From Mobula hypostoma (lineage: Eukaryota): DNA of 64,000 nt. Under the pieces are notes generated by a model. The model was not told where the DNA came from and ran no database searches. It was given only the letters and a program-made list of their open reading frames with translations. Location of the stretch: NCBI RefSeq assembly GCF_963921235.1, contig NC_086097.1, positions 208,694,001 through 208,758,000 of the forward strand, read 5' to 3'. Positions 12,336 through 25,569 of this stretch are shown here, piece by piece (the first letter of the stretch is position 1; each line of letters begins with the position of its first letter). A program made the translations under genes and the position numbers.

Positions 12336-12572
12336 AATAGACAATAGACAATAGGTGCAGGAGCAGGCCATTTGGCCCTTCGAGCCAGCACCGCCATTCA
12401 CTGTGATCATGGCTGATCATCCACAATCAGTATCCAGTTCCTGCCTTATCCCCATAACCTTTGATTCCACTATCTTTAAGAGCTCTATCCATCTCTTTCT
12501 TGAAAGCATCCAGAGACTTGGCCTCCACAGCCTTCTGGGGCAGAGCATTCCATATATTCACCACTCTCTGGG
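12336..12572 (-). mobile_element. Young CR1 3' end
   Basis: TQRVVNIWNALPQKAVEAKSL...; (CTATTGT)n tail; nearly identical to 22503-22738. Confidence 0.9.
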
Positions 12573-13357
12573 TACAAGCGCAAAGCAACCAAAAGGTGCA
12601 AAGACAATAGTGCAGTCCAAAGTTGTGCAAGAAGGAGCGTTAAGTGCAATGAGTTCCTTTCCTTTCAAGTTTCCTCTAGAGTCTAGAGTCCAGAATGAGC
12701 TGGAATCTAGAATCCAGAACAATGAACCAGAGTGATTTCCATCATTACAATCACCTGACTGCTGTCTGTGACAGCACCGAAGTAGGGATTTGGACCCTAG
12801 CAAATCTTGAGATCCAGAGAGTTACAGCTGATGCCCTCTCTCAATGTTTTCAGCATACTCTGATACCAGCCTTAATTTGTTTTGCTGTGGAATTAACAAG
12901 TGGTTGGCATACCTGTCATTTGAGGGCAAAATTCAGTAGAATAGTTATGTGATTATTAGGTTAAATCTTTGCGTTTTTGAAGGTCTTCTTTTTTATGGGT
13001 TCTTTGGTTTGTGGCTGTCTGTAAGGAGATGAATCTCAAGGTTATATAATGTGTACATAAATGTACTTTGAACTTTGATCCTTTCACTGGATCTTGATTG
13101 CCTTTGGTGTGAACCTCATATGCAACCAAGAATAGTTTAATAGTGCAGATGGGAGACAGCTAAAATTTCTGGCATTGAGCCTCCAAGTTGACTCAGGTAA
13201 GGGATTCAGATGCTTAACACCAGACCCTCTACTCTGAGTTCAATTATCGGCAAAAGTTTCCAGCAGGACAAAAGAAACACTTCTAAGTGGAAATAGTTTT
13301 GAGATGTCCTGGAAAAAAATGTAATATTCTCACCACATTCTGGGAATCCTGGGCTAT

Positions 13358-14086
13358 GACCAATCCTCACAGAGGGATCAGAAGTGGAGAGAGTGAGCAG
13401 CTTCAAGTTTCTGGGAGTCAAGATCTCTGGGGATTTATCCTGGTCCCAACTTATTGACGTAGTTATAAAGAAGGCAAGACAGCCACTATACTTCATTAGG
13501 AGTTTGAAGAGATTTGGCATGGCAACAAATACACTCAAAAACTTCCATAGTTGTACCATGGAGAGCATTCTGACAGGTTGCATCACTGTCTGGTATGGAG
13601 GGGCTACTGTACAGCACTGGAAGAAGCTGCAGAAGGTTGTAAATCTAGTCAGCTCCATCTTGGGTACAAGCCTACAAAGTACCCAGGACATCTTTAGGGA
13701 TGTCTCAGAAAGGCAGCGTACATTATTAAGGATCTCCAGCACGCAGGGCATGCCCTTTGCTCACTGTTACCATCTGGTAGGTGGTGCAGAAGCCTGAAGG
13801 CACACACTCAGTGATTCAGGAACAGCTTCTTCCTCTCTGCCATCTGATTCCTAAATGGACATTGAACCCTTGGACACTACCTCACTTTTTTTTAATATAC
13901 AGTATGTCTGTTTTTTGCACATTTCTAATCTATTCAATATACTGTAATTTATTTATTTATTTTTATTATTTTTATTTTATTTATTTTTCTTCTATATTAT
14001 GTATTGCATAGAACTGCTGCTGCTAAATTAACAAACTTCGCGTCACATGCCGGTGATAATAAACCTGATTCTGATTCTGATTCTGA
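13358..14086 (+). mobile_element. Rex1/Babar LINE 3' fragment (young subfamily)
   Basis: ORF 13384-13797 ERVSSFKFLGVKIS.DL.W...ESILTGCITVWYG; AATAAACCTGATTCTGATTCTGA tail; very similar to 59810-61465. Confidence 0.92.
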
Positions 14087-15399
14087 CTGATCATAATAGA
14101 GAAGGAGAATTCGGCTCATAAATAAGTCTTATTATTTATTCACAGACCAACTGCCTTTTGCAAAATGTTTCCCTTAAACCACGCTAATTAAAGCGATAAC
14201 ATTCAGGAAGACATAGTTTACTGCATATTTTAATAATCCAGCATGCACAGACTTGGATTTCACAGAACAAGTATTTCTGATTATTGGTGTTTTTTTCTGT
14301 ACTTGAGGCCTCCAGAGCAGGCAGAGTTGACATAATCCTTTCCCTGCATAACCTGCTTTCCCAAAGTGCAGACATTCATAGATTGCACACATATCCCTAC
14401 AGAGAACTGCCCCTCCCCCTGCAACTACCTGACAGAAACACAAGGGCATAATCTTGGAGTCTAAGGGAGGCAGATAAACCTTCAGTCACCTGGAACCGAC
14501 AGAAATCTCAGATATTTCTTCACCGAGGAGGAGTGCTTTCTGCCGGCATTTCCATTTAGCAGCTTGCTAGGGTACTTCTGGTCTTTTGGGAGTTCTCTGC
14601 AAGCCCTTCTGTCATTAGTGTTGAAGCAGGAAAATGCTGCTTGTATTGTGGTGCACCCATTTTAGAGATGCATGCAAAAGCTACACGTGTGAACTTGTCA
14701 TTCATCGACAAAGAATGTCACCTTGAGATCAATATCAAGTAGCATTTCCCAGGAAAACCTGACAACATTTCTCTGAATTATCGCATTTTAAGTTTGAAGA
14801 CATTATGCGTTAGGATTTCCCACAATGCTGCTCTAATGCTAAATTTCAAACTTTACTCATTCGCAATTTCGAACCTTAATCTTTCCCAACTCATCCTTGC
14901 CAGTTGTGAAGGAAAATGAAACATGATCTGAGTGCATTTGTTGTCTCCTTCCTGGTAGAAACTAGCATGACTAGAGTGAAGAGCCTTAAGGCAGTAAATC
15001 TCAATGTCACGTAATTTGATAGCACTTCCGTATTTTTGACAATGTCAGGAACTCTCTAAAATCCTTTGCAAATTTAGTCCCACATGAAATTAATCTTGTT
15101 TGTATTTGGTGGTTTTCTGATTGATAGATGAACATTGGGCATCCCAGATGACTGACTGACATGAGCAATAGAAGAACAGCAGTTGCTGTCTGCTGTTAAG
15201 AGACCTGGATTTGGCCATCAGAGGAAAGCAGAGGAAGCAACACATATTTCCTGCACCATTGGAAGTAGAGGCTGAGGTTCCTTGAGACATCTGAGCCACA
15301 AAGACTCAACACCTGTTCATCCAAAAAGACAGACTTGTGTAATTTCTTATTCCATCTGCACTTGATGGCCATATGTTAAACAGGGGAAAAAACACCGCA

Positions 15400-15567
15400 A
15401 ATGCTGGAATTGGGAGTAACGAGGGAGATGCTGGAGGAACATAGTGTGTCTGGCAGCATCTGAAGAGGGAAATGGACAGTCAGTGTTTCAGATTGAGACT
15501 TTTTATCTGAACTGGAATGTCTATATTCCTTCCCAAATGCCTCCTGACCCATTGAGTTCATCCAGTA
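15400..15567. mobile_element. Degenerate PLE terminal remnant
   Basis: ATGCTGGAGGAAC...GGCAGCATCTG...CAGTCAGTGTTTCAG followed by inverted CCTGACCCATTGAGTTCATCCAG. Confidence 0.55.
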
Positions 15568-15991
15568 GGTGGTAAAAGAGGCTCTTCAGAACTTTCTGGA
15601 ATTTCTGAGTTGGCTTCAGGTGACTGAAGGTTTCTTTGCCTTCTCGAAACATAAGCAAAATACTCTTCATCATTGGAAATCTAAAATATAACCAGGTGAC
15701 TAGATTTTGCGCTTCATTCTCTGTGGGTGTGATAAATATGTGCCAGATAGGGTGTTTACTTCCAACAAAAATTCACAAAATTGAACAAAATATGTTAATA
15801 GCTACACTGTGGCATTTTGCATATAATCATGTGGCAAACCAATGTGCCCAATTACATTGCTATGGCATTGTGGCACTGATCACTGGGAAGAGCACCAGAG
15901 CTTAAAGGAACACTCCCTATGGTAGTCACAGAGCAGCTGTGTATGGAGCCCTGATGTGAATGTGAAATTAAATATTCTTACTTACATTGAC

Positions 15992-16175
15992 TTTTTATTT
16001 ACTTATTTATTTACTTAGCAACACAGCATGGAGTGGGCCTTACTGGCCCTTCAAGCCTCGCTGTCCCAGCAATCTCTGACAGCCCTGATTAACCCTAACC
16101 TAACCACGGGACAATTTAAAATGACCAATTAACCTACCGGTCTTTGGGCTGTGGGAGGAAACTGGAGCCCACGCT
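15992..16175 (-). mobile_element. V-domain SINE (HE1-like), 5'-truncated, CR1-type tail
   Basis: Reverse complement of the V-domain (GGCTCCAGTTTCCTCCCACAGCCCAAAGAC) and CR1-like GAAGGGCCAGTAAGGCCCACTCC tail. Confidence 0.7.
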
Positions 16176-16550
16176 TTCTACAGGGATGGCATAGAGAGTC
16201 CTTAAATATGTGTAAGGTTTGTGACGGTTTTCCTTGCAGTTGCAACATGTGGCTGAATAAAGGGCAGGGGTTGTAAGAAAAGATCCTCCTGGATTCACAC
16301 AAAAAAAATCTGCAGGCGGAAAAGGGACTTTCACTGATGTATTCTGCATTGCTACGTCCATTGAAATCTGAGGCTGCCAACGTGACGCTGCATTGGTGCA
16401 GGGTGTTTAATCAACACTTTGATCATTGTAAACCTTACCTTTTATAAAATAAACTGTTATCCCAAGCTGTTATCTTTTATTTTTCAATATCTCTTATTTA
16501 GATATTTTATAAAGATATTTAACTACTATCTTTTGAAAGATAACAGTTTA

Positions 16551-16862
16551 GGAGCCATAGTTGAGTAGTGGTTAGAGCAATGCTATAACAGCTCGGGAGC
16601 GTTGGAGTTTGGAGTTCAATTCTGGCGCCGTCTGTAAGGCGTCCTCCCTCTGGAATGTGTGGATTTTCCCTGGGTGCTCTGGTTTCCTCTCACACTCCAA
16701 AGATGTACAGGTAGGAAAAATGGTCCTGCAATCAGGTTTGGGTTAAACAGGGTTGTCCGGGGTCACTGGGGCAGTGTGGCTCGAAGGGCCAGGAGGGCCT
16801 ACTCTGCGCTGTGTTGCTGAATAAAATAACTAACCAATTAACTAACTAACTAACTAAATAAA
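16551..16862 (+). mobile_element. tRNA-derived V-domain SINE (HE1-like), near full length
   Basis: A-box-like head, B-box GAGTTCAATTC (~16612), V-domain GGGTGCTCTGGTTTCCTCTCACACTCCAAAGA, CR1-like tail GGCTCGAAGGGCC...GGCCTACTC, (AACT)n end. Confidence 0.75.
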
Positions 16863-17190
16863 ATCTTTTTCAGGATCTAGCCACCATTGGCAAAGTTGTC
16901 AATTATTGGCCACCCTTAATTGCTCTTGAGCTGTGACAGTTTGCTCGGCCATTTCAGATGGCATTTAATAGTCAATAATACAAGACAGAGGTGGCGAACA
17001 TATGACAAGCAACAATGCAACAGTTTTCTTGGCACACTGCATGTAGTGCCATCACTTGATTCTTTAAACCCCACCCATAATAAAATGATTGAATTCGACT
17101 ACCTTCACAGCCAAATGAAACAGTGAATGATTTTATGGAACCTGAGAGCTGTGAGATGTCTTCACAGGGAACATACCATACGACTTGGCA

Positions 17191-17522
17191 TCATAGAAAA
17201 CATAGAAAACCTACAACACAATACAGGCCCTTCGGCCCACAAAGTTGTGCCGAACATATCCCCTCTTTAGAAATTACTAGGCTTACCCATAGCCCTCTAT
17301 TTTTCTAAGCTCCATGTACCTATCCAAAAGTCTCTTAAAGGACCCTATCATATCTGCCTCCACCACCGCCGCCGGCAGCCCATTCCACGCACTCACCACT
17401 CTCTGCCTAAAAAACTTACCCCTGATATCTCCCCTGTAACTACTCCCCAGCACCTTAAACCTGTGTCCTCTTGTGGCAACCATTTCAGCCCTGGGAAAAA
17501 GCCTCTGACTATCCATATGATC
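17191..17522 (-). mobile_element. CR1 3' end
   Basis: LFPRAEMVATRGHRFKV...FFRQRVVSAWNGLP; (TTTTCTATG)n tail. Confidence 0.88.
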
Positions 17523-17794
17523 ATCATCTAGATGGTTGCAAGAACATGTGACGTTGGGTGATACATTTTGAAATCCTCGTAGACCTGGTGTACACATCTG
17601 TATCTGTATCTGTTGGGCTTGTTGGCATTGGGTTGGCTCTGTTGTTTGTGAGTGAACACTGGATATTTAGTGATAATAATGGTGAATATTGAATGTACTG
17701 TAGTTTAGCTCCTCTATGAATATTTAATTTCATTTTCACATTTATTATGAGGTAAAATATCAATACTGTTTAGAAATGTTATTTAGAAATTATG

Positions 17795-18498
17795 TTTTAC
17801 AGCTTTAAATTTCTTTGTGTGAACATATCAGAAAATTTGTGCTGGGACCAGCAGATAAGTGTCATCACAAAGAAGGTAAAACAGCGTCTCTATTTTATTA
17901 GAAATTTGCATGGATTCTGCATGCTGCCAAACACTTTGACAAACTTCTATAGAGAGTATCTTAACTGGTTGCATCACGGCCTGGTTTAGAAACACCAATG
18001 ACCAGGAATTAAAAAGCCTACAGAAAATGGTGGGTACCACCCAATCCTACACAGGCTAAACCCTCCTTACCACTGAGTACATGGGCCAGCATCCATCCTG
18101 AACTAGCACCACCATCCAAGCCATGTTCTCTTCTCACTACTACCATTCTGCAGAAAGTACAGAAGCCATAAATTTTGCTCCACCAGTTTCAGGAACAATT
18201 ATTACCATACAGCTATCATGCTCTTGAACTGGGTGTGAAGAACTCTGAATTGATTCTACAACCTAGACACACTTTCAAGGACTTCTTACAACTTATGTTT
18301 TTGGTATTATTTTTATTTGCAGTTTGTCTTCATTTGCACTTTGCTTGTCAGAGTTACTCTGTTTATCATAAAATTCATTTAAAAAATTATGATTTTTTTC
18401 ATAAAATTCTATTGTATTTCTTTTCCCCTGTAAATTTTACACAAAAATGAATATCAAAGTAGTGTATGATAACATATACATCCTCTGATAATAAATTT
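17795..18498 (+). mobile_element. Degenerate Rex1/Babar LINE fragment
   Basis: SFKFLCVNISENLCW...KKVKQRLYFIR and Rex1-type 3' UTR. Confidence 0.78.
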
Positions 18499-19520
18499 AG
18501 AATCAGAATCGGAATCAGGTTTATTGTCATCAGCATGTCATGAAATTTGTTAACATAGCAGCATCACTTCAGTGCAATACCCCCCTACCAGACTGTGATG
18601 CAGTCTGTCAGAATGCTCTCCATGGTACAACTATAGAAGCTTTCGAGTGCTTTAGTTGACAAACCGATTCTCTTCAAACTCCTAATGAAATATACCAGCT
18701 GTCTTGCCTTCTTTATAGCTGTATCAACATGTTGGGACCGGGTTAGATTTTCAGAGATCCGGACACACAGGAACTTGAAATTGCTCACTCTCTCCACTTC
18801 TGATCCCTCTATAAGAATTGATTCATGTTTCCTCGTCTTTCCCTTCCTGAAGTCGGCAATTAGCTCTTTCGTCTTTCTGACCATCAGAGCAAGGTTATTG
18901 CTCTGACACCGCTCAACTAGCTGGTATATTTCAGTCCTGCATGCCTTCTCATCTTCATCTGAGATTCTGCCAACAGTGTTTGTATCATCAACAAATTTAT
19001 AGATGGTATTTGAGCTATACCTAGCCACACAGTCAAGGGTATAGACAGAGTAGAGCAGTGGGCTAAGCACAAATCCCTGAGGTGCACCAGTGTTGGTTGG
19101 ATATTATCACCAATCAGCACAGATTGTGGTCTTCCAGTTTGGAAGTTGAGGATCCAATTGCAGAGGGAGGTACAGAAGCCCAGGTTCTGAAAGTTATCAA
19201 TCAGGATTGTCGAAATGATGGTGTTAAGCACTGAGCTATAGTCAACGAACAGCATCCTGACATAGGTGTTTGTATTGTCCAGGTGATCTAAGACTCTGTA
19301 AAGAGCCATTGAGATTGTGTCTGCCGTAGACCCATTGTGGTGATAGGCAAATTGCAGTGGGTCCTTCATTCCACCTATGAACAACCTCTCAAAGCATTTC
19401 ATCACCGTAGATGTGAGTGCTAGTGGACGATAGTCATTAAGGCAGCTCACATTATTCTTCTTAGGCACTGGAGTAATTGATGCCTTTTTGAAACAGGTGG
19501 GAACTTATGACTGTGGCAAT
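18499..19520 (-). pseudogene. Rex1/Babar LINE RT fragment, tail-to-tail with the previous copy
   Basis: [55 protein letters not shown] in ORFs 18917-19468 and 18585-19070. Confidence 0.92.
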
Positions 19521-19624
19521 GAAGGGTGGAAAATTTACTTTGACCCTGAACTTTGAACTGCTTGGACATTAGCAACAAAAGATGTGATTGCCCTGGCAAG
19601 GGTACAGAGAAGATTTCTTTAAAT

Positions 19625-20620
19625 TTGAATTGGTTTATGATTGTTATATGCATCGAGGTACAGTGAACAACTTTGTCAGGCATGTCATCCATACGGATGA
19701 ATATATTACAACAGAACATTGAAGTAGTACAAGGGAAAACAATAACAAAATTCAGAATAAACTGTTACAGTTGCAGAGAAAGTGCAGTGCAGGCACACAA
19801 TAAGGCTCAAGACTATAATGAGGAAGACTGCAAGGCGTGACTCTGTCTTCTTGTACAGGGTGACTGTTCTATAGTCTTATAACAGTGCAATAGAAGTTGT
19901 TGTTAAACCAGGTGGTATGTGCTTTAGGGCTTTATATCTCCTGCCTCATGGAAAGGGGGAGAAGAGCGAATGTCCTGGATGGCTGGAGTCTTTGATTATT
20001 TTGGCTGGATTACTAAGGCAGTAAGAAATGGAGATAGAGCTTTCTTGGCTGTGGCATCAATATGATTAGACTAGGTCAGTCTATTGGCAATGTTCACTCC
20101 TAGGAACTTGTAGCTTTCTACCGTCTCAACTCAGAACCATGAATTAAATATATGAACTGTCACCCCCCCCCTTCCTTCAGCCAAAGACCAACCTTTTTGT
20201 CCTAATGACATTGAAGGAAAGATTGTCTAGATTGTCTAGACTACTAGATCACTAGATCACTAGATTATCTATCTCCATCTTGTACTCCAACTCATGCTTT
20301 CCTCAGATCCAGCCCACTACAGTGGTATCATCTGTAGATGGAGTTAAAGTAGAATCTGGCCACAATCATGAGTGTTTAAGGAGTAAAGTAGGTGGGTAAG
20401 GACACAAACTTGCGGGGCATCATTGTTAAGAATAATCATTATATTCTGTTTGTCGAGGATCCAGTTGCCAAGGGAGGTGTTGGCTCCCAGGGTTCAGAGT
20501 TTGATCATGTTTGCTTGGAATTATAATATTGAAAGTGGAGCTTTAGTCAATAAACAATAGGTCTCCTTAGGTGTTTTTACTTTCCACTTGCTCCAGACAT
20601 GGATTCAGGGCCAGAGATAT
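19625..20620 (-). mobile_element. Older Rex1/Babar LINE fragment
   Basis: Decayed similarity to the Rex1 RT region and 3' UTR of neighbouring copies; no intact ORF. Confidence 0.65.
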
Positions 20621-21067
20621 GATTTACTAGGATTTTGCTTGGGAAGGAAATTGTCATGGTCTGGATCGGGGTCCCTTTAAATTTACTTTGTTTATGTTAC
20701 GATCCAGACCGTTGATTTCCTGTTTTCCTGTGTCCCTCAGCCCTGGTGATTGGAGGCAATTTACTCTTGATTGAACCGGTAGTTTGTAGTCTCCGGCTTT
20801 CAGCTGTTCGGCGCGGGAGCGTTTGCAAAGTCACCAAGGTACGGCGTGCCAATGTCATCTGGCCGGAGCAAGCTTAGTCTCCACCCGAAGCGAGTGCCGG
20901 TAATTCACCTTCCCTCACCGGAGCAACCTTGTCAAGTTATCTCGCCAAAGCGAGCCTGCAAAGTTTCCTCACTGAGGTGGGTCCGTCAGTTAACCCGCCG
21001 GAGGGAATCAAGAACCGCTGTCTACTGTTCCCGGGCCGAGTCGAGAGCTCACCACTACCCAGAGGCT

Positions 21068-21270
21068 CCAAGTCAAGTACTGGCTCCAGGGGCATTCAAG
21101 TACCAAGTCAAGTCCTGTCTCCAGGGGCATTCAAGTACCAGGTCAAGTACTGGCTCCGGGGGCATTCTAGCACCAAGTCGAGTCCTGGCTCTGGTGACTT
21201 CCAAGCTCCGAGTCGAGTCCTGGCTCTGGCGGCTTTCAAGTTCTGAGTTGAGTCCTGGCCCTGGCGGTCT
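21068..21270 (+). repeat. 35-bp tandem repeat, ~5.8 copies, inside the LTR
   Basis: Unit CCAAGTCAAGTACTGGCTCCAGGGGCATTCAAGTA starts at 21068, 21103, 21138, 21173, 21208 and 21243. Confidence 0.9.
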
Positions 21271-21410
21271 GTGATTCCTGTCCTACCCCACTAATCTGAA
21301 TCCCTTCTCTGCCCCTCTCGCCTTTAACCCTCATCTGCAGCCCTTGCCTGCACTTCGGTCTAGTTCTATCGCTGGAGCTAGTTAGGTACTGTCTGGTGTT
21401 CTTTCGTGTT

Positions 21411-21739
21411 GGTCTTGTCTTGTCCTCGCCTCCGTGGGGTAAGTCAGGCCCTCTTGCCGTTGCCCCGCGGGTGGTCATGTCTTGTCTTGTCTGGTCCTCG
21501 CCTCCGTGGGGTAGGTCTGGCCGTCCTGCCGTTGCCCCACAGGGGGGTCATGTCTTGTCTTGTCTTGTCCTCGCCTCCATGGGGTAAGTCTGGCCATCTT
21601 GCCGTTGCCCCGCGGGGGGTCATGAGTCCCGGCCCTATGTCCTGTACTCAAGGAGGGGTCCCGGCTCTCTGTTCTGTGTGTGAGTCCCGGCCCTAATGTC
21701 CTGTACCCACGGAGGGGTCCCAACTCTGTGTTCTGTGTA
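21411..21739 (+). repeat. ~72-bp repeat x3 followed by ~58-bp repeat x2 inside the LTR
   Basis: GTCCTCGCCTCC at 21422, 21494 and 21567; TGAGTCCCGGCCCT at 21623 and 21681. Confidence 0.9.
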
Positions 21740-22164
21740 TGTGTCCATGGTTCCATGTACCTACTCTCCCGAGACCGAGGCTCCGTTTTTCCATGTTCCT
21801 CCTCTCCCTAGCCCATGTCATGTCTTTGTCTGGTTCTGGGGTCCGAGCCTGAGGCAAGACCCAGGTACTGGGTCCTTTCCCAGTCTCTGGCTCAGAGTCC
21901 ATACCCTAGCCTCTTCATGTTTCCTCTAGTTCTGGGATCCGATTCCGAGTCCAAGCCCAGGACCTTGGTCCCAGCCTAGTCGTACTCCTGAATCCTTGTC
22001 CAGTTCGCTATTCCTGCTCCTGCCTTGCTCTCCTGGTATCGAACAATAAACTAAATTTAATTAACCTCACAAGATGTGCCTTGCATTTGGGTCCACCTTT
22101 GCCCCCAGTGTCCCCCTCCCCTTTGTGACAAAATGTTTCAAGTATGAGAAGAACTGGGTAAGTT

Positions 22165-22496
22165 GGATAGTGGAATACAAAATTATGAGGGACATAATCA
22201 GGACATAAATTGAGATGTTTTTCTCATAACAGGGAATTTAAAACTAGAGGGTAGACGTTCAGGTGAAGAGCACAAGGGGGTTTAAGGAACAATTTTTCAC
22301 CCAGAACTCCTTGAAAAGTTGGTGGAGGTGGGTACTCTCACACCAGTTAAGAAGTATCCAGATGGGCACTTGAATCCCCAAAGCATAGAAGGCTACAGAT
22401 CAAGTGCTGGTAACTGCGATTTGTATTAATGGGTATTTGAAGACTTGCATGAAGCTGGTGAACTGAAAGACCAGTTTCTGCACTCTATGACTCTGA
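22165..22496 (+). mobile_element. Old CR1 3' remnant
   Basis: TACAAAATTATGAGGGACATA...ACTAGAGGG...TTTTTCACCCAGA and CTCTATGACTCT tail. Confidence 0.65.
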
Positions 22497-22592
22497 GATC
22501 GAATAGACAATAGACAATAGGTGCAGGAGTAGGTCATTCGGCCCTTCGAGCCAGCACTGCCATTCACTGTGATTATAGCTGATCATCCACTA

Positions 22593-25400
22593 TCAGTATC
22601 CAGTTCCTGCCTTATCCCCATAATCTTTGATTCCACTATCTTTAAGTGCTCTGTCCATCTCTTTTTTGAAAGCATCCAGAGACTTGGCCTCCACAGCCTC
22701 CTGGGGCAGAGCATTCCATACATCCACCACTCTCTGGGTGAAAAAGTTTTTCCTCAACTCCGTTCTAAATGGCCTACCCTTAATTCTTAGACTGTGGCCT
22801 CTGGTTCTGGACTCACCCATCAGCGGGAACATGCTTCCTGCCTGCAGCGTGTCCAATCCCTTAATAATCTTATATGTTTCAATAAGATCCCCTCTCAGCC
22901 TTCTAAATTCCAGAGTATTCAAGCCCAGTCGCTCCAATCTTTCGACATATGACAGTCCCGCCATCCCGGGAATTAACCTTGTGAACCTACGCTGCACTCC
23001 CTCAATAGCAAGAATCCTTCCTCAGATTTGGAGACCAAAACTGCGCACAGTACTCTCAGGTGTGGTCTCACCAGGGCCCTGTACAGCTGCAGAAGGACCT
23101 CTTTGCTCTTATACTCAATTCCCTTTGTTATGAAGGCCAGCATGCCATTAGCTTTCTTCACAGCCTGCTGTACTTGCATGCCTGCTTTCAGTGACTGATG
23201 TACAAGAACACCTAGATCTCGTTGTGCTTCCCCTTTTCCTAACTTGACTCCATTTAGATAATAATCTGCCTTTCCATTCTTACCACCAAAGTGGATAACC
23301 TCACATTTTTCCACATTAAACTGCATCTGCCATGCAGCTTCCCACTCACCCAGCCTGTCCAAGTCACCCTGCATTCTCATAACATCCTCCTCACATTTCA
23401 CACTGCCACCCAGCTTTGTGTCATCGGCAAATTTGCTAATGTTACTCTTAATTCCCTCATCTAAATCATTAATATATATTGTAAACAGCCGCGGGCCCAG
23501 CACTGAACCCTACGGTACCCCACTGGTCACCGCCTGCCATTCCAAAAGGGACCCGTTAATCGCTACTCTTTGTTTTCTGTCAGCCAGCCAATTTTCAATC
23601 CATTCAGTACTCTGCCCCCAATACCATGTGCCCTAATTTTGCCCACAAATCTCCTATGTGGACTTTATCAAAGGCTTTCTGAAAGTCCAGGTACACTACA
23701 TCCACTGGCTCTCCCTTGTCCATTCTCATAGTTACATCCTCAAAAAATTCCAGAAGATTAGTCAAGCACGATTTCCCCTTCGTAAATTCATGCTGACTCA
23801 GACCAATCTTGTTACTACTATCCAGATGTGTCGTAATTTCATCTTTTATAATTGACTCCAGCATTTTTCCCATCACCGACGTCAGGCTAACCGGTCTGTA
23901 GTTCCCTGTTTTCTCTCTTCCTCCCTTCTTGAAGAGAGGGACAACATTAGTCACCCTCCAATCCACAGGAACTGATCCTGAATCTATAGAACATTGGAAA
24001 ATGATTACCAATGCGTCCACGATTTCTAAAGCCACCTCCTTAAGTACCCTGGGATGCAAACCATCAGGTCCCGGGGACTTATCAGCCTTCAGACCCAACA
24101 GCCTATCCAACACCATTTCCTGCCTAATATAAATTTCCTTCAATTCATCCATTAGTGTCCTTTGGCCACTATTACATTTGGGAGATTGTTTGTGTCTTCC
24201 CTAGTGAAGACAGATCCAAAGTACCTGTTCAACTTGTCTGCCATTTCCTTGTTCCCCATAATGCATTCACCAGCTTCTGTCTTCAAGGGCCCAATTTTGG
24301 TCTTAACTATTTTTTTCCTTTTCACATACCTAAAGAAGCTTTTACTATCCTCCTTTATATTCTTGGCTAGTTTACCTTCGTATCTCATTTTCTCTCCACG
24401 TATTGCCTTCTTAGTTACCTTCTGTTGCTCTTTAAAAGTTTCCCAAACCTCCGGCTTCCCACTCATCTTTGCTATGTTATACTTCTTCTCTTTTATTTTT
24501 ATACTGTCCATTACTTCCCGTGTCAGCCACGGCCTCCCCTTACTCCCCTTAGGATCTTCCTTCCTCTTTGGAATGAACTGATCCTGCACCTTCCGCATTA
24601 TTCCCAGAAACACTTGCCATTGCTGTTCCACTGTCATCCCTGCTAGGGTATTGTTCCATTAAACTTTGGCCAGCTCCTCCCTCATAGCACCATAGTTCCC
24701 TTTGTTCAACTATAATACTGACACTTCCAAGTTTCCCTTCTCTCTCTCAAATTGTAGATTAAAACTTATCATATTATGGTCACTACCTCCTAATGGCTCC
24801 TTTACCTCGAGGTCCCTGATCAAATCCGGTTCATTGCACAACACTAAATCTAGAATTGCGTTCTCTCTGGTAGACTCCAGTACAAGCTGTTCTAAGAATC
24901 CATCTCGGAGGGACTCCACAAACTCCCTTTCTTGGGGTCCAGTACCAACCTGATTCCTCCAGTCTACCTGCATGTTGAAAGCCCCCATAACAACTGTAGC
25001 ATTACCTTTGCGACATGCCAATTTTAACTCTTGATTCAACTTACACCCTACATCCAGACTACTGTTTGGGGGCCTGTAGATAACTCCCATTAGGGTCTTT
25101 CTACCCTTAGAATTTCTCAGTTCTATCCATACTGACTCTACGCCTCCTGATTCTATGTCCCCCCTCGCAAGGGACTGAATATCATTCCTCACCAACAGAG
25201 CCACTCCACCCCCTCTGCCCATCAGTCTGTCCTTTCGATAGGACGTATACCCTTGAATATTCATTTCCCAGGCCCTGTCCACTTGAAGCCATGTCTCTGT
25301 TATTCCCACAACATCATACTTACCAATTTCCAGCTGTGCCTCAAGCTCGTCCACTTTATTTCTTATACTTCGTGCATTCATATTTAATACTTTTAATTCA
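22593..25400 (-). pseudogene. CR1 ORF2 (APE endonuclease + reverse transcriptase), disrupted
   Basis: NARSIRNK, VGITETWL, YRPP, GAFN (usually GDFN), SDHN; KSPGPDG, YLDFQKAFDKV, KFADDTKLGG spread over six ORF pieces. Confidence 0.93.
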
Positions 25401-25569
25401 TTACTCCCCTCACCTCCCATATCAATTCCTATATCACTTGGCCATACTGTACGATCCTTTCTTGAGCTTTCTGCTCTGTTGATTCTGCCGTCATTCTTAA
25501 CTTTTCTTATTCTCACTTTCCCTTTATCTCCATCATTATGTTTCCAGTTTGTCCCCTCCCCCCCACTAC

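Larger units (their letters stand above)
20652..22130 (+). mobile_element. Solo LTR (1479 bp), Gypsy/ERV-type, with internal tandem arrays
   Basis: TGTCA...TGACA termini; 4-bp TSD AAAT (20648-20651, 22131-22134); AATAAA at ~22045; GC/CpG-rich. Confidence 0.88.

Noticed and set aside
16551..16625. tRNA gene
   Set aside because: The A/B-box-like head belongs to a V-SINE and has no cloverleaf.
16984..17190. hAT-like left end CAGAGGTGGCGAACATATG
   Set aside because: No matching right terminal repeat or 8-bp TSD found.
20221..20270. Short tandem duplications (GATTGTCTA x2, CACTAGAT x2-3)
   Set aside because: Local slippage inside a decayed Rex1 copy.
21068..21270. 35-bp repeats as a CRISPR array
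   Set aside because: The units are contiguous with no spacers, the context is eukaryotic, and there are no cas genes.
20846..21929. Overlapping repetitive ORFs in the GC-rich region
   Set aside because: By-products of tandem arrays inside a solo LTR; no gag/pol motifs.
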